DNA of 64,000 bases from an uncultured Verrucomicrobiae bacterium (GTDB taxonomy: Bacteria > Verrucomicrobiota > Verrucomicrobiia > Verrucomicrobiales > Akkermansiaceae), in contig CAVSNV010000006.1 of assembly GCA_963729485.1 (NCBI GenBank), positions 289,687 to 353,686 of the forward strand, given 5' to 3'. The notes beneath the pieces were generated by a model. It did no database searches. It saw only the letters and a list, made by a program, of their open reading frames with translations, and had not been told where the DNA came from. A program made the translations under genes and the position numbers. Position 1 is the stretch's first letter. Every line of letters begins with the position of its first letter. Positions 40,208 through 50,624 of the stretch are shown here, piece after piece.

Positions 40208-40323
40208 GGTATCTCCAGACTAATAAGTTTCAATTTCGATCAAAAAACGATTTTCAGACTTCTCACAGCTTTGATGCACGACTCTTCCTTGAGCTTTGAA
40301 GTTTAAAATCTAGAGTCCTGCGA

Positions 40324-41118
40324 ATGATTCCTCCCGCGCATCCCGACCTGATCGCGGTGATGGGTGGATCAGCAGGCCGCTTCCGACGGGGGATCCGCCA
40401 GCTGCGCAACGCGCGCTCCTCCTGGCAACTGACCCGCATTCTGGTCTATTTTCAGGGAATCCCGGTGATCTGGAATCTGTTTCTTCCCTACGGTCCGGAC
40501 AAGCTCCAACAGGCTCAGAAACTGTTCGGACTCAACCTGGAGGAGATTCTGCAGGGCCGTATCTGGCAGACCCTGACCTACGGGTTGATTCACGGGAATT
40601 GGGGCCACCTGTTGATAAACTGCGCGGCGATCCTGATTTTCGGCTCGAAGCTAGAGCAGTTGATCAGCCACCGCTCTTTCTGGCTCCTCACCCTATACTC
40701 CGTCGTCGCCGGGGGCCTATGTTTTTTACTGGGAGAAAACTTTTCAGAATCCGCCGGGATACCGCCTATCCTCGTCGGTAGCTCGGCGATCTGCTTTTCC
40801 TTCCTGCTTTTTATGACGACGCTTTCCCCGGATTCACGCTTCCTTCCGTTATTCACCAGCGGAAGTATGATAGGAACCGCCGTTATGGCCTCCACTCTAC
40901 TACTGGCACTGATGAATCCGAATCTACCGACGGGTATTCTAGCCGACTGGGGGGAGCAAATCGAGGACAAGGGTTTCCCCACCCTTTTCAATATGGGCCA
41001 CTCCTGCCACTTCGGAGGAGCGCTTGTCGGACTGCTTTACGGAAAGTGGCTGCTGCGCCCGCGCGTCTCACTCGAATCGTTGAAAAGAGCGAGAGAACGA
41101 AAGGAGAAGCGGACCTGA
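40324..41118 (+). CDS. Rhomboid-family intramembrane serine protease
   Basis: WQTLTYGLIHGNWGHLLIN, VGSSA, HFGGALVG. Confidence 0.85.
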   Translation: MIPPAHPDLIAVMGGSAGRFRRGIRQLRNARSSWQLTRILVYFQGIPVIWNLFLPYGPDKLQQAQKLFGLNLEEILQGRIWQTLTYGLIHGNWGHLLINCAAILIFGSKLEQLISHRSFWLLTLYSVVAGGLCFLLGENFSESAGIPPILVGSSAICFSFLLFMTTLSPDSRFLPLFTSGSMIGTAVMASTLLLALMNPNLPTGILADWGEQIEDKGFPTLFNMGHSCHFGGALVGLLYGKWLLRPRVSLESLKRARERKEKRT

Positions 41119-41129
41119 ACAGACGTACT

Positions 41130-41163
41130 AAAGCGGGATAGCCCTTTCGAACTATCCCGCTTT
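41130..41163. terminator. Possible bidirectional terminator between convergent genes
   Basis: AAAGCGGGATAG...CTATCCCGCTTT hairpin. Confidence 0.65.
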
Positions 41164-41187
41164 GAGGAGCCTGTCTTCCGCTAAGGC

Positions 41188-43529
41188 CTAATACTCGTAG
41201 TTCAGGTAGAAGTTGAACTGACCGCCCTTGTCCGCCTCGTCATCAGGAGAAGTGACGGGCACGGCGTAGTCGAGAGCGAGGGGCACCGGGCTGATCGGCA
41301 GCTTGATGCGGAGGCCGAGGCCGAAATCACTGTAGATATCGTTCGGAGCAGGATCCCATGAGTCGTCGTTTACGAAGCCCGCGTCGTAGAAGACCGCGCC
41401 GCGCACCGTCTCGATGATTGGCACCGTGTATTCGAAGCTGGCGAAAGCGAGAGACTGCCCACCGAGCACCTCGCCGGACCTGCCGGTCCCGCGGACCACC
41501 GATATCGCGGAATTCGAAGCCACGCAGGGTCCGGCCGCCGCCGAGGAACGTGCGCTCGAAAATCGGAGGATCCTCGTTGTAGCCGTCCACGAAGGCAATT
41601 TCACCATTGACGGAGAGAATGGAATCCCAGCGGAGATTCCAGTATTTCGCGCCTTGGGCAGAAATGGATACAGTATCCACATCACCTCCGAAAATACCGC
41701 CCGCGAAGGTCACGCCGATATCGAACTTCTCACCCGTGCGGGTTTCGATCGTGCTATCGCGGTTGTCATAGAGATAGTTGAAGGAGACCGCGCTACGCAG
41801 GTAGTCCCCGTCTTCGTTTTGAAAGGCCCGGCTCGCGCTCCTGTCCACATCGATGTCGATCTGCTCCAGACGATATTCAACCTTCAGGGAAGATTTTTCG
41901 GTAAGCGGTTTTCTAAGGAAAATCGCACCACCGACGTTTGTCTGCTCGTATTCATCGCTGAAGTAGGAGGACTGGCGATAGAAGAGCTCGCCACCGAGTG
42001 CGAGCTTGCTGGTCGAGGAACCACGGCTCCGTCAGGGACATCGAGAACTCGCTGCGCTCCGAGCCTGCCCGGATGTTCATCGCGAAGCGCTGACCTCCAC
42101 CGGTGAAGTTCCATGGATTCATGATATCGAAGTTGCTTTGCTCAAGAGTCAGGAAGCCGACGATGTTGTCGATGGAACTGAAACCGATACCTACGCCGAC
42201 CGATCCGGTGCTCCGCTCTTCTACGAGAATATCCACATCACGGTAACCGTTTCCGCCGGGAGTTCCGGAGGCTTGCACTTCGCTGAAATACTGAAGGTTC
42301 TGAAGATCGGGCCTGGGTGGTCTCCAGCTCGACGGTGTTGAACCAATCGCCAGGCTTGAGCGGCACCTCGCGGCGGATCACCTTGTCCTTGGTTTTGGTG
42401 TTGCCTTGGATGTTCACACGGCCCACGCGGAAGCGGGAACCCTCTGTGATCTGGTATTTGATGGTCACCCGGTTCGGCCCGGCGTCTTTGATATCCGGAG
42501 AAACGACGGCATCGGCGTATCCGCGGGAACCGTAGAAACTCCGGATCGTTTTGATATCATCGCGCATCTTCTTGGAGGAATACGCGTCGCCACCGTTCAG
42601 GGTCATGGAAGGATAGAGTTCTTCCGATTGAAAACGGTCATGCGTCCGAAGCTGACTCCGTCCACCGTATATTTCTCACCTTCATTGATCGGGATCACAA
42701 GATCCACACGTCCGTCACCCACCGGATCGCGGCGCATGCCCGGGCTGTTGGCGCGCAGGTAGCCTTTGCTGCGATAGTAGTCGAGAACCGCATCCAGATC
42801 GCTATCGAGCTGGTCGGATTCGAAACGACCGGATTTCGTGAGCCATGAGAACCAGCCTTTTTCCTTCGTCTTCATCTCCTTTTTCAGCTCCGGGGTAGTA
42901 AACACCGTATTGCCTTCGAAACGGATCTTGCGGACTTCGTTCTTCACCCCTTCGTCGATCACGAAGATCAGGTCCGATGTCCCCGGCTGGTTGGTCGCCT
43001 GGGTGCGGTGGGTCACGAGAATGTCAGGATAACCGTAGCCGCGGTAGTATTCCTCGATGTTACGACGGGCGGTGAGGATTTCTGCATCGCTCAACGCACC
43101 ACCCGCTTTCAGCTTGGTTTCCTTGGCCAGTTTCTGATCGGAAAAAACCGTGTTTCCCACGAAACCGACACCGGCCATGGCGGGCCGGGTGAGCACGTCC
43201 GCGATGACTTTCACACCGTTCGCGCCCACCGGCTCGGCTAGGAAACGAACATCGTCGACCAGTCCTGACTCGTAAAGTGACTTGATATCGTTGTCCAGAC
43301 GCTCGGCGCGGTATTGCGTCCCGGCCTTGGTGGACATAAGGTTGCGGATGCGTGCTTCATCGACAGTCTTCGCACCACGGTAGCGGATGGACACATCGGA
43401 AATATTTTTCCCCTCGAAATCCTGAGCGACCAGATTCCCTGTAAAACCCGAGATGAGGACGAAAGCGGTCAGGGCGAGGAAGCCCTTGAGCCGATCCAGG
43501 CCCGCGTGAAAGAATATGGAGGAAGTCAT
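41188..43529 (-). CDS. bamA: Outer membrane protein assembly factor BamA (several apparent frameshifts)
   Basis: POTRA repeats (KTKDKVIRRE), EERSTGS, LGGGRTLRGF, C-terminal FNFYLNYEY, spread over several frames. Confidence 0.9.
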
Positions 43530-43982
43530 AGTGGAGTGGATGTCGCGCCGATAAAGGCTGGGAGCACGTTTACCGTCAAGGTCAATAGCATCATTGATCC
43601 CGGCTATCCGACCAGTCTGGCAGGTGACCCGCATGCCGCAGAGCCAAGCCCGTCCGTATCCCCGACCGCCACGTTTGCGGCCGGTTCACGAATCCCGATG
43701 GATCCGAGCTTCACCGACTTCTTTATTTATACATCTCCCAAAACTCAGCGTCCCAAATCATGGACATCCCATCCGATAGGAAGCCCAGGATCCCGCGGGT
43801 GGCGAGACCTGATGCAAGAACGCGAAGTGCGCCGTCTAGGGTTTCCGTGCTCGACGTAGAGTCCCGGGGTTCGTTGGATCCGGCGAGCGCCCAACCCCGG
43901 AAACTATTTCCTCCCACGAAGCGGAGCCGGGTTGCAAACTGGTGCGGAATACGCTTCTATGCGATTCATCCGGTGAACTAAA

Positions 43983-44588
43983 ATGGAAGATAGCCTTGGG
44001 AAAAAACTGCGGACCGCGAGGGAAGCGGCGGGAATCACCGTCGATGACGCCGTGTATCTTGCCAAAATGCCTAGAAACGTTGTCACCGCCTTGGAAGCGG
44101 AGGATTTCGGCTTTTTCACAAGCCCGCTCTACGCACGGAGTTTCCTGAAACAATACAGCGCCTATGTAGGGGTGAATGCGGATCCGTGGCTCGACAGCCT
44201 GATGCCGATCAGTCTCATCGACGGCGATGCGCTCGACTCCTACATCGATATTTCCGCTCCTCCGCCCGTGATCAAGAAGACGCGCGAGAAGTCCGCCTCG
44301 TCGGGAGGAGCCATGGCGGCGGTATGGATGATCCTGATCACCGGAGGACTCGTCTGGGGCGCGATCAAGACATTCGAGAGCCTCGACAAGCGATTTTCGG
44401 ATACGGCAGGAGAGAAAAAAACGGAGGGGAAAACCACTGGGAACGAAGAGTCCACCGAAGCTGAAGTCAAAGCGGAAAAGACCGAAGCGGATCTCGCCGA
44501 AACCATGGTGGAAGAGAAGGAAGTGCCTGCCACCACTACCGTTCTGGGGCCTCCGCCCCGGGCGATCCCGGTCAGGGACGAGGAATGA
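43983..44588 (+). CDS. RodZ-like HTH membrane protein
   Basis: LGKKLRTARE...ALEAEDF...YARSFLKQY, single TM segment. Confidence 0.8.
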   Translation: MEDSLGKKLRTAREAAGITVDDAVYLAKMPRNVVTALEAEDFGFFTSPLYARSFLKQYSAYVGVNADPWLDSLMPISLIDGDALDSYIDISAPPPVIKKTREKSASSGGAMAAVWMILITGGLVWGAIKTFESLDKRFSDTAGEKKTEGKTTGNEESTEAEVKAEKTEADLAETMVEEKEVPATTTVLGPPPRAIPVRDEE

Positions 44589-44603
44589 CAGGTTGACAAT
44601 CCG

Positions 44604-46718
44604 TCATCGCATCGCCCGGTAGGTGCGGATCATTTCCAGAAACGCCGGCAGATAGTTGGCGGCCTTCGCTTCGCCGATCCCCGGGATGGCCAACGCCTCC
44701 TCCACACTGGCTGGCATGTATTTCACCAGAGCTTCCAGGACCTTGTTCGAAAATACGATATAGGGTGGCACTCCCTCGTTTTTCGCAGTCCGGAACCGCA
44801 GGTCCTTGAGCATTGTGAACAGCTGCGGATCGAAATCTTTTTCCTCAAGCCCCTGCGGCTTGGCGACCTCGTCCGGCCACCTGAGCTCGAAGTTCGTCTC
44901 TCCTTTCATCACCGCCTCTCCTTTTTCCGAAAGAGTCATCAACGGGTAATCGCCAGTCTGCGTGATAACCAGAGCCTCCTCCGCGAGGGAGCGGAAAAGG
45001 CTGTTGAGATAGCCGGTGGTCCGGTCCGCGAGAATCCCATAAGTCGTGAGGCGGTCCAAGCGGTTGTTAAGGATTTCCTGCGATTTGCTACCTGAAAGCA
45101 TCTGGATGATCTTTCCCTTTCCGTAAATCCCCTCCCAGCCCCGGGCTGTCCTCCGCGACATCCGGGCCACTCCCGCGAGCGCTTTTCTCACCATCAGTTC
45201 CTCCTCCGCGGTAGGTTTGCGGAAATCACCGGCGCTACGATCCCGGCAGACATCGCAGTTCCCGCATTTCATCGGCTTCGGCTCGCCGAAATATTGCAGG
45301 ATCCACTCTTGCCGACAGGTCCGCGCGTAACACATCTCGACGATCGCTTTGAGCTTCTCACGGTCCCGCGCGTCCTTTTCCTCCATCGCCACCTCGTCGA
45401 TCGCGAGATCACGTGCGAGAACCTCCGGCTGGAGCAGACGTGTGCCACGCATGCGCTTCCCCTTCACATCGAAACGCTGGATCATACGGGCCCTCCCGAG
45501 GATATTCAGCGCGCTACCCACCGCCATCGAGTTCTTCACATCCGCATGCTCCGCGATGTCGTCCAGAGTCCGGAAAATCTCGTGATTCCCATCCGCCTCG
45601 CTGAGGAGATACTGATAGATCTGGCGCACCGTGGTCGCGGAAGGGTTCGCACCATCGATGAAAAACTCCTGCGTGCGGGTGTCAGCGTAGTTGAAAAGCA
45701 GCTCGCACACCGCGGCCTCCCCGTCACGCCCGGCCCGGCCAGCCTCCTGATAATACGCCTCCACGCTGCCGGGCACTTCGTAGTGGATCACGAATCGCAC
45801 GTCACCACGGTCGATCCCCATCCCGAACGCGTTCGTCGCCACCGCGATATCGACTTTTTTGGAAATGAAAATTTCCTGCGCCCGCACCCGCTCCATATCG
45901 CCCATCCCCCCGTGGTAGGAAACGCATTTCACGCCCCAGCTCGCCAGAGTTTCGGAAACCAGATCCACCTTCTTGCGCGTCGCGCAGTAGATGATCCCGG
46001 TCTTGTGCGCGGCGATCACCGCCTTGATCCGCTCGTCCTTCTGCACCGCCTTATCGACCGAAGTGATGCCAAGTGATAGATTCGGCCGCGAGAATCCGCT
46101 TACCCGCTCGAAGGGATCGCGCAGCCCGAGCACACTGAGAATATCCTCGCGCACCACGGGGGTCGCGGTCGCGGTAAGAGCGACACATTGCGGCTTGCCG
46201 ATTTTCTCCAAAACCTTCCCCAACCGCATGTAGTCCGGGCGGAAATCGTGTCCCCATTGGGAAAGGCAGTGCGCCTCGTCGATGGCGAAAAGGGAAATTT
46301 CCACACCCTCGAGGGTCCGCAGGAAACTCTCCGCGCGGAACCTTTCCGGAGCCACGTAGACCAGCTTGAACTCTCCGTTGCGCATCCCGTCCAGGCGTTC
46401 CTTCTGCTCGGGCCAGCTCAGGGTCGAGTTGATCAGAGTCGCCGGGATGCCGCGCGCTTGGAGCGCATCCACCTGATCCTTCATCAGCGCGATCAAGGGG
46501 GAAATCACCAGAGTCACTCCCGGGAAACACAGCGCGGGAATCTGGAAGCAAAGCGATTTCCCCCCACCCGTAGGCATCACCACCAGCCCGTCCTTTCCCG
46601 ACACGATCTCGGAAATCACCTCCTCCTGCCCGTCGAGAAACTTCGAGAAGCCGAAATACTCTTTCAAAGCCGCTCCCGGTGCCTTCAACAGACCTTTTTT
46701 CAAAACACTCTCCGCCAC
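44604..46718 (-). CDS. recQ: RecQ-family ATP-dependent DNA helicase
   Basis: MPTGGGKSLC, DEAHCLSQWGHDFRP, QEAGRAGRDG, Zn site CGNCDVC, HRDC domain; start uncertain. Confidence 0.92.
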   Translation of the reverse strand: MAESVLKKGLLKAPGAALKEYFGFSKFLDGQEEVISEIVSGKDGLVVMPTGGGKSLCFQIPALCFPGVTLVISPLIALMKDQVDALQARGIPATLINSTLSWPEQKERLDGMRNGEFKLVYVAPERFRAESFLRTLEGVEISLFAIDEAHCLSQWGHDFRPDYMRLGKVLEKIGKPQCVALTATATPVVREDILSVLGLRDPFERVSGFSRPNLSLGITSVDKAVQKDERIKAVIAAHKTGIIYCATRKKVDLVSETLASWGVKCVSYHGGMGDMERVRAQEIFISKKVDIAVATNAFGMGIDRGDVRFVIHYEVPGSVEAYYQEAGRAGRDGEAAVCELLFNYADTRTQEFFIDGANPSATTVRQIYQYLLSEADGNHEIFRTLDDIAEHADVKNSMAVGSALNILGRARMIQRFDVKGKRMRGTRLLQPEVLARDLAIDEVAMEEKDARDREKLKAIVEMCYARTCRQEWILQYFGEPKPMKCGNCDVCRDRSAGDFRKPTAEEELMVRKALAGVARMSRRTARGWEGIYGKGKIIQMLSGSKSQEILNNRLDRLTTYGILADRTTGYLNSLFRSLAEEALVITQTGDYPLMTLSEKGEAVMKGETNFELRWPDEVAKPQGLEEKDFDPQLFTMLKDLRFRTAKNEGVPPYIVFSNKVLEALVKYMPASVEEALAIPGIGEAKAANYLPAFLEMIRTYRAMR

Positions 46719-46926
46719 GCGCCCATCATGCAGGGAACCGGGCGGGCCGCAAGCCGCAGCAACCCCGCGGAAACACAACCGCCCTCCGCTGCCACGAAAT
46801 CTCCGCTCGCGGACCAGAAATCATCCGATCAACGGCCCGACTCCAACGGACGGCCCGCGGGGGCGGAAACGGGGATTTTTCCCTGCGAATCTCTCCAAGG
46901 CTCTCGGTTCCTTCCCTACTTCCGCT

Positions 46927-48120
46927 TCACTCCCCTTCAGTGTCCCAGACTTGCAAGCCACCGCTGCTGTTCGCACTGAAGACCTTGCGACCGTCCCGTG
47001 AAAATACGGTGTCCAGCACTACGGGGGCGCCACTCAGGAAAATCGCAAGCTGGTTGCCGGAAGCGGAATCCCACAACCGGGTCATCCCGTCGTCGCAACC
47101 TCCTGCGAGAGTCCGGCCATCGGGAGAAACCGAGATACTCACGATCCCACCGGTAAGATCGCTGAGGCTCATCTTTTCGGGTTTGGCGGTTTCGAGATTC
47201 CAACGGACGATGTGGCCGTTGCGATCGGCCCCTTTGCTCGTAGCGCCGACCCCGACCAGGCGATCCCGGGATCCGTGGGATGACATACGAAGGTGTTGAT
47301 CCACTGTTCGACAGACTGCTCGTAGGGAATGATCACGTCCCCATCCAGAGTCACCACTTCGAGAGCGCGGTTGCAGGTCATCACAAGCCGGGAACCGCCC
47401 TGGGATAGCTGGCGATTCAGTTTTTCTCCCAGCCGATCATGTTCGGCCCGGATGGTTAAACGCTCGGCCAATAGTCCGGCGCGGTTCGCCAGCGCTTGCA
47501 TCCACTCACGCTCTCCGATGATTTTCCCGTCCGGGTTCATGCCGTCGTTCAAGCCCTCCAGCCCCCCGGAAACGATCGGTGCCATCTTGATTCGGTACGG
47601 CCGGCCCGTCTTGCGGCTGGTCGGAAATCACGAGTTCGGCTCCTTCCAGTGCTTGACCGCGGAATCTGGGTTCGATCTCCGTCAACGCAAGAATCGCCGC
47701 AGAGCGTTCCGTCGCCTTCCAGAGCCTCGGGAAAATCAAGCGGATACGACGGGTCTCCACGGGAGCGAAGCGCAGTGGCACAGGATTCAGGCCCGGAGAT
47801 TCCATTCGCTCCCCGGACTTTTTCACCAGCAGGTTCCATGTCCCCTTCGTCTCATTCCAGGAGTCGATCCGCACCTCCGGAGGAAAGCCGGCCGCATCCG
47901 TATTGGCCCCGAGAAGGCGGCCTACCGGATAGAGCCTTACCTCATCGACTTGCCGCGGCCGGGGCCAGTCGAGCCTCACCGCGATCGGGAACTCGGCTAC
48001 CTCCTTCGGCAGACTGCGGTATCCGACGAATCGATGCGCGAAGGGAATTTCCGGTAGCCCCCAATGCTGTCTGGCCGTCCGTGATATAGTCGATATCCAC
48101 TCCGGGAATCCCCCGTCTGC
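46927..48120 (-). pseudogene. 5'-truncated, frameshifted gene: discoidin-like domain plus WD40 repeats
   Basis: VDEVRLYP...GFPPEVRI...VETRRIRL...LALTEIE, then SPDGRTLAGGCDDGMTRLWD, over three frames. Confidence 0.55.
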
Positions 48121-48145
48121 TTGAGCTTGCGGAAATCCTCGCCTC

Positions 48146-48514
48146 GTGTCCCACGGATTCCTCCCCCGCAAAAATGCTGGAACACTCTGGTTCTTCAACG
48201 GCAGCACCAAAAACAATTCGGGAAATCTCGGCACAAAGAACTATTCAGGCTCCGGAGCTTATGCCGGAGACAACTATGCGATGACCCGCACCGCGGAGGC
48301 GACGGGCGGATGGCAGTTCCTCACACTCGACCCGGCCGGTGCTCCGACTCTCAACAGCCAGGACATCGATTCCTTCTGTTTCGATCCGGTAGGTGGTGAC
48401 GATACCAAAAACTTCGAGGTGGATTTCGCGACCTTCACGTCCGTTCCCGAGCCAACCTCCGCGGTTCTTCTTGGACTTGCCGGAACCTGCCTTTTGATCC
48501 GGCGCCGGAAATAG
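48146..48514 (+). pseudogene. PEP-CTERM protein C-terminal fragment
   Basis: VPEPTSAVLLGLAGTCLLIRRRK; no signal peptide or convincing start. Confidence 0.65.
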
Positions 48515-48553
48515 TCATCCGCTCAGTCCAAAATCCGACCTTCAGGTCATAGC

Positions 48554-48585
48554 AAAACCCCCGCCATTCCAGGCAGGGTTTTTTT
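48554..48585 (+). terminator. Intrinsic terminator
   Basis: AAAACCCCCGCC...GGCAGGGTTTTTTT. Confidence 0.6.
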
Positions 48586-48698
48586 CGTGAGGATAAAGCC
48601 CCTTCACATCGCAAATTCTCATGAACCGAGTGCCGGCTCCTATTCCACCTGTCGCTCGAAAACCACGACACGCCGCCAGAAGGCACCGTCCCCCATCC

Positions 48699-50498
48699 TC
48701 AGTCACTGCTTTTCAGCACCTTGATAAAGGCGTCCTGGGGGATGTTGACCTTACCGAACATCTTCATTTTCGCCTTACCTGCTTTCTGCTTTTCGAGGAG
48801 CTTGCGCTTACGGGAAATGTCGCCGCCGTAGCACTTCGCCGTCACGTTCTTCCGCATGGCGGAAATGGATTCCCGGGCGACGATTTTCCCGCCCACCGCC
48901 GCCTGGATGGCGACAACGAAAAGGTGGGAGGGGATGACTTCCTTGAGTTTTCCGGCGAGGACGCGGCCGTATCCTTCAGCTTTGTCGCGATGGACGATGG
49001 TGGAGAAAGCCTCGACGGGATCTCCGGCGATGAGCATGTCCATTTTCACCATCTTGGCGGCACGGTAGCCGGCGTGCTCGTAGTCCATGGAGCCGTAGCC
49101 TTTGGTCATGGACTTGAGCTTGTCGTTGAAATCTACGAGGATCTCCGCAAGCGGCAGGACGCAGGAAAGCATGACGCGCATGTCGTCGATGGTCTCGGTG
49201 TTGGACACCTCACCGCGCTTTTCCATCACTAGCTGCATCATGTCACCGATGTATTCGCCGGGCACCATGATATATACGTTCACGATGGGTTCGCGGATTT
49301 CCTGGATGACCTGCGCCTCCGGGAAAAGGGTCGGGTTATCTACTATAACTTCCGTACCATCCGTAAGATCCACGTGGTAGATCACGGACGGATAGGTGGA
49401 GATCACATCCATGTCGAACTCGCGGCGCAGTCTTTCCTGGATGATCTCCATGTGCAGGAGCCCCAGGAAACCGCAGCGGAAACCGAAGCCGAGCGCCATC
49501 GAGGACTCCTGGGCGAAGGTGAACGCCGGGTCGTTGATCTGGAGTTTCCCGACCGCCGTTTTCAGAGCCTCGTAATCCGAGGCATCGACCGGATAGATCC
49601 CGGTGAAGACCATGGGCTGGATCTCCTTGTAGCCGGGGAGTGCCTCCGCGCAAGGATGGGTGGAGTCGGTCATCGTATCGCCGATCTTCACCTCCGCGGC
49701 GGATTTCATGTTCGCGATCACGTAGCCCACATCGCCCGCGCCGAGAATGTCCCGGGCGCTCATCTTCGGGGTGAAGACGCCGACTTCCTTGATCTCGTAG
49801 GTTTTTTCCGTGGCGAAAAGTTTCACCCGCTGGCCGCGTTTGAGCGTACCTGAAAAGACCCGGACGTAGGAGACCACCCCGCGGTAGGTATCGTAGAGGG
49901 AGTCGAAAACCGTCGCCCTCAGAAGCTTGTCGGGGTTTTCTACAGGAGCCGGCACCCGCGCGACGATTGCCTCCAGAATTTCCTCGATGCCTATTCCCGC
50001 CTTCGCGGATGCCGGGATGCAATCCTCCGCCGGAATGCACAGGATGTCCTCAAGCTGCCTCTTGGACTTCTCCACATCCGCTGCCGGGAGGTCGATCTTG
50101 TTGAGCACCGGGATGATTTTCAGATTCTGCTGCTCGGCCAGATGAAGGTTCGCGACCGTCTGGGCTTCAACTCCCTGCGCGGCATCGACCATGAGGATGG
50201 CACCTTCGCAGGCCGCCAGCGCGCGGGAAACCTCGTAGGAGAAATCGACATGACCCGGCGTATCGAGGAGGTTGAGCTTGTAGGTTTTCCCGTCCTTCGC
50301 CTTGTATTCCATCGCCACGGGATGGGATTTGATGGTGATACCCTTCTCCCGCTCCAGATCCATCGAGTCCAGTTGCTGCGCGGAACTCTCCCTCATCGTC
50401 ACGGTACTCGTGGCCTCCATCAATCGGTCGGAAAGCGTGGTTTTCCCGTGGTCGATGTGGGCGATGATGGAGAAATTTCTGGTCAGTTCGGTGGACAT
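48699..50498 (-). CDS. lepA: Translation elongation factor 4
   Basis: RNFSIIAHIDHGKTTL, DTPGHVDF, KCYGGDISRKRKLLEKQK. Confidence 0.98.
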   Translation of the reverse strand: MSTELTRNFSIIAHIDHGKTTLSDRLMEATSTVTMRESSAQQLDSMDLEREKGITIKSHPVAMEYKAKDGKTYKLNLLDTPGHVDFSYEVSRALAACEGAILMVDAAQGVEAQTVANLHLAEQQNLKIIPVLNKIDLPAADVEKSKRQLEDILCIPAEDCIPASAKAGIGIEEILEAIVARVPAPVENPDKLLRATVFDSLYDTYRGVVSYVRVFSGTLKRGQRVKLFATEKTYEIKEVGVFTPKMSARDILGAGDVGYVIANMKSAAEVKIGDTMTDSTHPCAEALPGYKEIQPMVFTGIYPVDASDYEALKTAVGKLQINDPAFTFAQESSMALGFGFRCGFLGLLHMEIIQERLRREFDMDVISTYPSVIYHVDLTDGTEVIVDNPTLFPEAQVIQEIREPIVNVYIMVPGEYIGDMMQLVMEKRGEVSNTETIDDMRVMLSCVLPLAEILVDFNDKLKSMTKGYGSMDYEHAGYRAAKMVKMDMLIAGDPVEAFSTIVHRDKAEGYGRVLAGKLKEVIPSHLFVVAIQAAVGGKIVARESISAMRKNVTAKCYGGDISRKRKLLEKQKAGKAKMKMFGKVNIPQDAFIKVLKSSD

Positions 50499-50624
50499 GG
50501 GCGTTCGGAGCGCATGGATTGCACGAAACGGGCTGAAATGCACCAAAAAATCGTTTATCACTACGGCCACCCTGCTTGGAAACTGAAACATCGGCATCCC
50601 GGCGCCACGTAAAACCAACCTCCA

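Noticed and set aside
43530-43982. Possible ncRNA in the bamA-rodZ-like intergenic region
   Set aside because: Only one modest hairpin and no recognisable family; compatible with divergent promoters
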